A stretch of 64,000 nucleotides of DNA from an uncultured Elusimicrobia bacterium. GTDB lineage: Bacteria > Elusimicrobiota > Elusimicrobia > 2-01-FULL-59-12. Location: the NCBI GenBank assembly GCA_963702895.1, contig OY969767.1, positions 1,888,001 through 1,952,000 on the forward strand. The letters run 5' to 3'. The notes under the pieces are model-generated. The model searched no databases and was not told the origin of the DNA. It was given only the letters and a program-made list of their open reading frames with translations. The translations under genes and the position numbers were made by a program. Shown in pieces: positions 56,334-64,000 of this stretch; the first letter of the stretch is position 1; the number at the start of each line of letters is the position of its first letter.

Positions 56334-56579
56334 GTTGGGTTAACCCCTCAGCTCGATCTCTTTCCGTTTTGCTTTGCGCTGTGCTGCCTGGCCCCTCGTC
56401 CTCGATCCGAATACATCGGCATTCCAGAACTTCGGCTCTCCAGAACATCGGCTATCCAGTGAGGCAGCGCGTGGTTCTCTTTCATAAAAGGACCTCTCCC
56501 CGACTCTCCGGCTTGCCGCCCTTCGGGAGTGCCGCTGCTTGATGGCTCCGCCGTTTTTCCTTCTTCGCCGTCTGTCGTC

Positions 56580-56690
56580 TTAGCCGGAAATCTTCTGTTG
56601 ACGTCACCCCGGCGAAAGCCGGGGCCCAGTCCATCGTCGATGTACTGGATACCGGCTTCCGCCGGTATGACGGCACTAAAAAGTCCCGAC
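56580..56690. repeat. Double-hairpin element with flanks shared with 8380-8446
   Basis: tagccggaaatcttctg..gtcaccccggcg...atgacggcac.aaaaagtcc. Confidence 0.7.
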
Positions 56691-56810
56691 ATGTCAGTCG
56701 ATTAACCACGGTCAACCGAACTTTTCGGGTTAGCTCTCTGGCCCTTCACATATATACCCTGAAAACACTCTAAAAAACAGGGGTATTCTTGTTTTTTTCT
56801 GGCCGGGCAA

Positions 56811-58382
56811 CTATGACGAGGCTTTGGGCAGGCGCACCGTGAAGGTGGTTCCCTTTCCGGGATCGCTTGCGACCTCGATCGTCCCGCCGTGCTCGCGGAT
56901 GATTTTATGGCATAAATACAGGCCAAGCCCGTGCCCCCTGGCTCCCTTGGTCGTGAAATTGGGGTCAAACAAATGCTCCTGCGCTTCGCGCGTCATACCG
57001 GGTCCGGAGTCCCGAACCGAGATCACAACCCACTTTGGATCTTCAGAGGCGGTAATGTGAATGGGCCCCCTCGTTCCCTCTTCCATGGCCTCCGCGGCGT
57101 TTTTGACGAGATTGGCGAAGACGAGCTCAAGCTGCTTCGCTGACCCGCGCACAGGGGCAAGGATTTCCGGGATGTCGACCGACAGGGGCAAGGCTTGCTG
57201 ATCGAGGGCGCTTTCTGCGGCGGAGATCCCGTTTCGAATGACACCGCTCATGGCGACCGGGACCAGCGCCGCGCCTTGGGCCCCGGCCAGCTCATCCAAA
57301 GCCTCGATGCGCTCGGCAACTTCGCTGGTCTTTTTCAAGATCACCCGCATGCGTTCCTTCAAGGCAGGCAACAGCTGTTGAAATTTCTTCTTCCCCCGCT
57401 CGATATCCTCCAGGTCCATGAGCGTGAGCTCCGCCGGCAAGCTGATGCTCGCCAGGGGACTCTTCACCTCGTGCACTACCCCTCGGCTCATGTCCCGCAG
57501 CCAATCGCCAAAGAAGCGCCGGTCCATCAACGACCTCACCCGGTTGAGCAAGGGGTTAAACAGCAGGGCGACGGCGGCCGCGGCCACCGCCGCCGGCCAG
57601 AACCCCGCCTGGCCTCCAACCCCTTCCAGCACTTTCGCCAACTGGGTCGTAATCAGGAGGTATACCGCGGTCAGCGCTCCGGTGACGACCGAGTAGATCG
57701 CGGTCTTCCGAATGATGACATCGATGTCCATCAACCGGTGCGCCAAAATGGCATAGCTCACGATGAGGATGTACACCACCTGGAAGTAATAGAACAACGT
57801 CGAATAGTGCTTCGTATAGACGGTATAGAAAAATAGGGGGCCCTCGAGCAGTGCGAAGAACAGGGCCACAAACATATATTTCATCTGAATTCTTGCATGG
57901 CCTTGCGAGACTTGATACGCCTCGAACAATTGAAAGAGGGCATACCCGAGTGTTCCCAAAAGAAAAACGATAAACAAAGGATAGAGAGAGCCGGGGAGAT
58001 CCATGGGATAGACTGACTCATTAAGACCGCTGATGATCAGCGGGGACATCATGAGAAGACTCATCGCCCCGCATATCCATTTCAATGACGAGAGCACCCG
58101 CTGAAACCGCTTCATATCAACACCGGCAAATGTCAGGATGAAATTAAAAAAGTACCATACCAATATCACACCCGCCACATAGCCCAGTCGATAGACCATC
58201 ACTTTTGCCGCCGGGTTGATTGGCATGAACTGAACCAAATCATTCAAATTCCAGACCGCGAGCCAGAGGTTGGACGCCGCGAACAGACGCGTCAGCCTGT
58301 CTCGCCGGTAATAATAAGGAATGCAGCCTATCAGGGTCGCCAAGATCCCTGTGGTCACGCCGTTGATGATCCCCTCCGGCAT
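56811..58382 (-). CDS. 7TM-sensor histidine kinase (array member 5)
   Basis: Hydrophobic N-terminus, YAILAHRLMDI...IRK, HEVKSPL, NLVKNA.EA, DSGPG, FTTK, G.GLGL. Confidence 0.9.
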   Translation of the reverse strand: MPEGIINGVTTGILATLIGCIPYYYRRDRLTRLFAASNLWLAVWNLNDLVQFMPINPAAKVMVYRLGYVAGVILVWYFFNFILTFAGVDMKRFQRVLSSLKWICGAMSLLMMSPLIISGLNESVYPMDLPGSLYPLFIVFLLGTLGYALFQLFEAYQVSQGHARIQMKYMFVALFFALLEGPLFFYTVYTKHYSTLFYYFQVVYILIVSYAILAHRLMDIDVIIRKTAIYSVVTGALTAVYLLITTQLAKVLEGVGGQAGFWPAAVAAAAVALLFNPLLNRVRSLMDRRFFGDWLRDMSRGVVHEVKSPLASISLPAELTLMDLEDIERGKKKFQQLLPALKERMRVILKKTSEVAERIEALDELAGAQGAALVPVAMSGVIRNGISAAESALDQQALPLSVDIPEILAPVRGSAKQLELVFANLVKNAAEAMEEGTRGPIHITASEDPKWVVISVRDSGPGMTREAQEHLFDPNFTTKGARGHGLGLYLCHKIIREHGGTIEVASDPGKGTTFTVRLPKASS

Positions 58383-58384
58383 GG

Positions 58385-60139
58385 TTAGACCGAGACCGTA
58401 TTCTGGGGATTGGCGCCGGAGACACAGGCCTGCAATGTCACCCGGAACTCCGTGCCTTTCCCTTCTTCACTCTTCACTTCCATCAACCCTCCATGCGCTT
58501 TGACGATCTGCTGCGACAGATACAGACCCATCCCAGTTCCTTTGCGTCCCTTGGTCGTGTGGTAAGGCTCAAAGAGGTGCCCCACGTCTTTCGGGGGGAT
58601 CCCTGGTCCGGTATCGCTCACCGTCACCAACACGGATCCCCCTTCCACTTTGGCTCCCAGAAGAAGCCGGCGCGGCCGTTCCAGCGGCTCTTCCTCCATC
58701 GCTTCCAACGCGTTTTTCATCAGATTGATGAACACAATCTCCAACTGCTTGGGATCGCTTCGGACCAGAGCCAAATCACCGGGGATGCTCTTGGACACTT
58801 CCGCCCCCACCCGCGCCACCAGGGGCCCCAGGATCACCAGGCTGGACGCCAACACCTCGGGCACACTCACAGCGACCAATGTCCCCCCTGCCGGCTCGGC
58901 CACCCCGCGCACCGCCTCAATGCGCCGGGCGGCATCCATGGTCTTGTCCAGAAGTGAGCTCAGGTCCTGCCGGATCTTAGGCAAAACCTGCCGCATCGAG
59001 CCGCGTCCGCTTTCCAGATCTTCCAGCTCCACAAGGGTCTGCTGGACCTGAAGGCTCAGTCCCGCCAGCGGCGACTTCAGCTCGTGCGAAAAGCCCGCCG
59101 CCACTTCCCGGACGGTTTCACGGTCCGCCCAATCCCGGAAGAAATAACGATCCACCAGATTCTGGATTCGCTCGCGAAGCGGAAGGAAGATGGCGCTAAT
59201 AAAGCACGCCACGATGATCGACACCGTCAAAGTCGATCCTCCAAAATAGTTTTGCAGGATGTGGCCCCCCTGCGTGATTGCAATCAGGTAAACAGAGCTC
59301 AAAATGCCTGTCATCAGAGAATAGATTAAGCTCTTCCGAAGAACCAGCTGAATATCCATCAACTGATGCTTGTACATGGCATAGGAGACGGCGATGATGT
59401 AAATGGCTACCAGATAGCAACCTGTTGGGAAGATGGGGATGTCAAAGCAAAGTGGAAAAGACATAGAGCCGCCGAGAAAACCAACGGCAGTTCCAATAAA
59501 GACATATTGAATCTGAGTTTTTCTTTTCCCTTCCGTCGTTTTCATGCGGTCGAATAATAGCCAATGCGCATAGACGGTGAGGGCTAAGAAAAACATGGCG
59601 AAAGCATGGAAGAATGGAAAGATAGCCTCCGCATAGAATTGAAACGGAGGTTTGATTCGGAGGGTGACCAAGTTGCCGCTGGCATTTGCGATCGCAAAAA
59701 GAGTCGCGATTCCATAGCCGACGGGCAGGATTCCCGTTCTGTGGTCTTCGACCAGATGCTTCACAAAATGCACATAGACAATCGGAATAAAAATGGCTCC
59801 TGGATACAACACCCATTTTTGCCAGGCCATCGCTGCGGCAAAACTCTGAGCTTTAATCAGCATTCCAAATCCAAAGCTCCATGAACCGACAACAACGCAC
59901 GTCAATGCCCACAGAACCGCAAGAGTTCTTTTGGGGGATCTGACGATTGTAAAAAGCGCCATACCAAAGCTTAGAATTCCTGTCAAAATTAAGAAGTTGG
60001 CCAACGGCATGACGCCGTAAGGCGTGTAATGAATCACAGATATTTTATAGACCACAAACGCTATCAGCAGACCCAACGCCGATAAAGCGATTTGTTTTAT
60101 GCGGGGGATTTTCCCCTGAGGTGAAGTGGTGTATCTCAT
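58385..60139 (-). CDS. 7TM-sensor histidine kinase (array member 4)
   Basis: Same architecture; HELKSPL. Confidence 0.9.
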   Translation of the reverse strand: MRYTTSPQGKIPRIKQIALSALGLLIAFVVYKISVIHYTPYGVMPLANFLILTGILSFGMALFTIVRSPKRTLAVLWALTCVVVGSWSFGFGMLIKAQSFAAAMAWQKWVLYPGAIFIPIVYVHFVKHLVEDHRTGILPVGYGIATLFAIANASGNLVTLRIKPPFQFYAEAIFPFFHAFAMFFLALTVYAHWLLFDRMKTTEGKRKTQIQYVFIGTAVGFLGGSMSFPLCFDIPIFPTGCYLVAIYIIAVSYAMYKHQLMDIQLVLRKSLIYSLMTGILSSVYLIAITQGGHILQNYFGGSTLTVSIIVACFISAIFLPLRERIQNLVDRYFFRDWADRETVREVAAGFSHELKSPLAGLSLQVQQTLVELEDLESGRGSMRQVLPKIRQDLSSLLDKTMDAARRIEAVRGVAEPAGGTLVAVSVPEVLASSLVILGPLVARVGAEVSKSIPGDLALVRSDPKQLEIVFINLMKNALEAMEEEPLERPRRLLLGAKVEGGSVLVTVSDTGPGIPPKDVGHLFEPYHTTKGRKGTGMGLYLSQQIVKAHGGLMEVKSEEGKGTEFRVTLQACVSGANPQNTVSV

Positions 60140-61765
60140 TTAAGCGACGTGGGTGCCCGTACGGTTCTCCTTTGAGAACGTTGGCAGACGCACGATGAAC
60201 TCTGTTCCTTTGCCTTCTTCGCTCTTCACTTCCATCAACCCTCCATGCGCTTTGACGATCTGCTGCGACAGATAGAGGCCCATTCCAGTCCCTTTGCGTC
60301 CCTTGGTCGTGTGGTAGGGCTCAAAGAGGCGCCCGACATCTTTCGGGGGGATCCCTGGTCCGGTGTCTCCCACCGTCACCAACACGGATCCCCCTTCCAC
60401 TTTGGCTCCCAGAAGAAGCCGGCGCGACCGTTCCAGCGGCTCTTCCTCCATCGCTTCCAACGCGTTTTTCATCAGATTGATGAACACAATCTCCAACTGC
60501 TTGGGATCGCTTCGGACCAGAGCCAAATCACCGGGGATGCTCTTGGACACTTCCGCCCCCACCCGCGCCACCAGGGGCCCCAGGATCACCAGGCTCGACG
60601 CTAATACCTCGGGCACACTCACAGCGACCAACGTCCCCCCTGCCGGCTCGGCCACCCCGCGCACCGCCTCAATGCGCCGGGCGGCATCCATCGCTTGGTT
60701 CATGATGTAGCGAAGCTCCTCTTTGATCTTGGGCAGCACCTCGCGCAATGACTTCTCCCCCTTCTCCAGTTCTTCCAGATCGGAGAGGGTCATCTCGGCC
60801 CTGAGGCTCAGACCCGCCAGCGGCGACTTCAGCTCGTGCGAAAACCCTGCCGCCACTTCCCGGACAGTTTCACGGTCCGCCCACCCCTTGAAAAGGTATC
60901 GGTCTACTGTCGCCTGCACTTTCCGCTGCAACGGATGAAATATCACCGCAATCACGAGCGCTGCGCCTCCGGCTGGATAAATGGTCCGAAAATCCATGTG
61001 GCCTTCATTAAAATGAGCTACGACCACACCCAGGAAAATCATGATCGCGGCGAGGATACCGGAGACCAGTGAATAAACGACCGTTTTCCGAATAAGAACC
61101 TGAATATCCAGCAACTGATGCTTCAAGATGGCGTAGGACATAATCCCGCAAAAGATGGGGACTGTAAAGTTTCCCCAAGGATAGACATCAATACGGAACA
61201 TCGGCAGAAAACAAAGACTTCCACCACTAAATCCTATCGCTGTCGCACAAAAGAAGTACTTAATCTGGTTTTTCTTATGCTCTGAACTTAAATGGTAACT
61301 TCGCAGCAACTCGATATGTGAATAGAGAATACTCAGGAACCACCACAGCGCATATCCTGGATACCACGATCCAATGGTAGACCAGTAAAAAGAATCAAAC
61401 GCCCAGCGAACATTTTCTACAAATAATCTCGTGGGCGAAAACACCAAAAAAGCTGACATTACGACGTAATGCAGAATGAGAAGTTTTTTTCTGCGGATTT
61501 CACAGAAAATGCACACAAAATGGAAGAAAAGAGCCGGCATGGTGACGACGCTGAAAATGCCCGCGAACCGCCAAATCCATAACGATACTATTGGTGATAC
61601 ACTTAGTGTAAATCCAACTATCCCGAAACCCCAAAGAGCCACGGAATGGGCAAACAACAGCCATATCCAGCCCAGACGCCGGTTTGGAGATTTATTCCAA
61701 ACAAGAATCCCCAAAGCGGACGAAGATATCCCGGTGAGGAGCCCGGACCACCCGAATGGATTCAT
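60140..61765 (-). CDS. 7TM-sensor histidine kinase (array member 3)
   Basis: MNPFGWSGLL start; HELKSPL. Confidence 0.9.
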   Translation of the reverse strand: MNPFGWSGLLTGISSSALGILVWNKSPNRRLGWIWLLFAHSVALWGFGIVGFTLSVSPIVSLWIWRFAGIFSVVTMPALFFHFVCIFCEIRRKKLLILHYVVMSAFLVFSPTRLFVENVRWAFDSFYWSTIGSWYPGYALWWFLSILYSHIELLRSYHLSSEHKKNQIKYFFCATAIGFSGGSLCFLPMFRIDVYPWGNFTVPIFCGIMSYAILKHQLLDIQVLIRKTVVYSLVSGILAAIMIFLGVVVAHFNEGHMDFRTIYPAGGAALVIAVIFHPLQRKVQATVDRYLFKGWADRETVREVAAGFSHELKSPLAGLSLRAEMTLSDLEELEKGEKSLREVLPKIKEELRYIMNQAMDAARRIEAVRGVAEPAGGTLVAVSVPEVLASSLVILGPLVARVGAEVSKSIPGDLALVRSDPKQLEIVFINLMKNALEAMEEEPLERSRRLLLGAKVEGGSVLVTVGDTGPGIPPKDVGRLFEPYHTTKGRKGTGMGLYLSQQIVKAHGGLMEVKSEEGKGTEFIVRLPTFSKENRTGTHVA

Positions 61766-63399
61766 TTAGGCGACTCCTTGTACGCCGGACGTGCCTTCGG
61801 CAGAGCCTCTGGGCAGACGCACGATGAACTCTGTTCCTTTGCCTTCTTCGCTCTTCACTTCCATCAACCCTCCATGCGCTTTGACGATCTGCTGCGACAG
61901 ATACAGACCCATCCCGGTTCCTTTGCGTCCCTTGGTCGTGTGGTACGGCTCAAAGAGCTGCCCCACGTCTTTCGGGGGGATCCCTGGTCCGGTGTCTCCC
62001 ACCGTCACCACCACCGTTCCCCCCTCCGCCTTCGCTGCCAGAGCCAGCCGGCGCGGCCGTTCCAGCGGCTCTTCCTCCATCGCTTCCAACGCGTTTTTCA
62101 TCAGATTGATGAACACAATCTCCAACTGCTTGGGATCGCTTCGGACCAGAGCCAAATCACCGGGGATGCTTTTGGACACTTCCGCCCCCACCCGCGCCAC
62201 CAGGGGCCCCAGGATCACCAGGCTCGACGCTAATACCTCGGGCACACTCACAGCGACCAACGTCCCCCCTGCCGGCTCGGCCACCCCGCGCACCGCCTCA
62301 ATGCGCCGGGCGGCATCCATGGTCTTGTCCAGAAGTGAGCTCAGGTCCTGCCGGATCTTAGGCAAAGCCTGCCGCAACGACCCGCGCCCCTTATCCAGAT
62401 CTTCCAATTCCACAAGGGTCTGCTGGACCTGAAGGCTCAGTCCCGCCAGCGGCGACTTCAGCTCGTGCGAAAACCCTGCCGCCACTTCCCGGACGGTTTC
62501 ACGGTCCGCCCACCCCTTGAAAAGGTATCGGTCGAGAAATCTTTGGATCTTGATCTGAAGCGGATGGAACGTCAGTGTAATCAAGCAGGCGGATAGCACC
62601 AGGGGAAACCAACTCCCGTGCTCAAAGACCCCTCCCGCGAAATGCGTGGACAAAACCGCCACCATGACCATGATCAGCGACAAAACACCCGTCACCAGGG
62701 AATAAATCAGTGTTTTTCGGATCACCAAGGAGATATTGAGCCACTGGTGCTTGAGAATCGCGTAAGCCATAAACAAGGGATAAAGACAGATGGCGAAATT
62801 TCCCCATGGGTAGACATCAATTCCAAAAACCGGCAAAAGGCCATGCTCCCGCCGCCAAAACCTATTGTTGTCCCCACGATGAGGCACCGCGTCTGACTTC
62901 TTTCCAAGTCCCCAGCCCTCTTATAGAATCGGATCAGTTGAATATGACTGTAGACGCAGATTCCCATCCACCACAAGAAAAATGGCGTGTAAAGCACTCC
63001 ACTTTGAATGAAGAACATCGAATCAAAGGCCCATTCCACTCCGGATATGAAAAGCGACGTCGGCATTAGCGCCAAATACAATAGAGCGACCATATAGTTC
63101 ATTGCCAATATGCGGTTGGCTCGAGTCTCACAATACCGCGACACAAAATGATGAAAGAATACGGGCATCCATACGACGCCTAGGGCATAAGTGGTTTTTA
63201 GAAACAGGAGGGAGTGTTTGGGGCCTTGCTTGCTAATCAAAGGGAGCAGAGTACACGAAAAGCCCCAAACGGCGACGGACAATGAAAACAGGAACCAAAT
63301 TAACCCAAGTTTTCTACTCCGACTCTTGAGAAGGACCAGCGAGCCAAAACCCAGCGATGAGACCCCAGCCAGGAGCCCGGACCATGCGAATGGGTTCAC
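61766..63399 (-). pseudogene. 7TM-sensor histidine kinase (array member 2), split by a 1-nt frameshift at about 62836
   Basis: ORFs 62722-63399 and 61766-62887 join as GGSMAF/LPVFGIDVYPWGNF if one T is added to the T4 run. Confidence 0.8.
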
Positions 63400-63401
63400 T
63401 T

Positions 63402-64000
63402 CTATGCTGCCTCGTGAACTCCGGAGCGGTTTTCCGAGATATGTTTTGGCAGACGGATGAGAAATTCGGTTCCTCTTCCTTCTTCGCTTTTCACATCAAT
63501 CGATCCACCATGGGCTTTTATCACCTGGCGGGATAAAAAGAGCCCCATGCCCGTTCCGCCAGAGCCTTTGGTTGTGAAATAGGCCTCAAAGAGATGAGAG
63601 AATTCGGTTTTCTTAATGCCGGGTCCGGCATCTTTCACCGAGACCACGACCCAATTCCCGTCCTCATAGCCTTTTAGCCAGATTTCACGCGCCAGCCCTG
63701 GCGATACGTTGTGCGACATGGCCTCCGCCGCGTTTTTAATGAGATTCACAAACACGATCTCAAGCTGCTTGGCATCCCCTCGGATAGGATTCATCATGAC
63801 GGGAAAGTCTAGACGGACTTTCGCTCCCATTTTTCTGAGCATGTGGTCAAGCAACCCAAGACTGTTCTGGAGAACGGAGGACAAATCGACGGAAGCAAGC
63901 TGGACCTGGCCAGGTTTTGAAAACTGCCTTATGGCTTCAATCTTTTCACTCGCTTTAAAGGTCTGCTGCATGATGTCTTTTAAGCGACTTTTAAGCTCAG
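63402..64000 (-). CDS. Histidine kinase, 3' part (array member 1); continues beyond the right edge
   Basis: QLEIVFVNLIKNAAEA, DAGPGI, FTTK, GTGMGL; frame open to 64000. Confidence 0.85.
   Translation of the reverse strand, partial: ELKSRLKDIMQQTFKASEKIEAIRQFSKPGQVQLASVDLSSVLQNSLGLLDHMLRKMGAKVRLDFPVMMNPIRGDAKQLEIVFVNLIKNAAEAMSHNVSPGLAREIWLKGYEDGNWVVVSVKDAGPGIKKTEFSHLFEAYFTTKGSGGTGMGLFLSRQVIKAHGGSIDVKSEEGRGTEFLIRLPKHISENRSGVHEAA

Noticed and set aside
56340..56600. c-di-GMP riboswitch upstream of the kinase-SBP-GGDEF genes
   Set aside because: No GGCAAA..GAAA..GACGCAAAG pattern found on either strand

Overview
GC-rich bacterial genomic window. A PorV-like barrel, a protein with a CHU_C/FlgD-type C-terminus, a large beta-helix surface protein and 7TM histidine kinases suggest Elusimicrobiota or a similar understudied diderm phylum (inference). 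All family assignments are by visual motif recognition, not database search. (1) 1-22.6 kb is a patchwork of the 5' part of a large secreted beta-helix protein, seven toxin-antitoxin-type loci (one an orphan antitoxin, one with a nonsense-inactivated hicA), housekeeping/repair genes (nth, pcm, polX, ilvD), a DUF559 nuclease embedded in palindromic arrays, and tRNA-Gly(CCC) followed by three 3'-end copies that each carry a 44-bp two-hairpin insertion at the same T-loop position. (2) 22.6-64 kb is one co-oriented minus-strand block: at least five tandem 7TM histidine kinases (three with near-identical kinase ends and divergent sensors), a hybrid kinase, a signal-less solute-binding protein, a GAF-GGDEF cyclase, two large structured non-coding elements, a five-gene PorV-like/pilin-like/chaperone-like operon, a sigma-70 factor, a ~2390-aa Sec-signal Rhs protein with a downstream lipoprotein, a secreted tail-collar fibre protein and a type II secretion cluster. 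Several families of nested palindromic elements are dispersed throughout, two of them inserted in frame into polX and one supplying the gspJ start codon.
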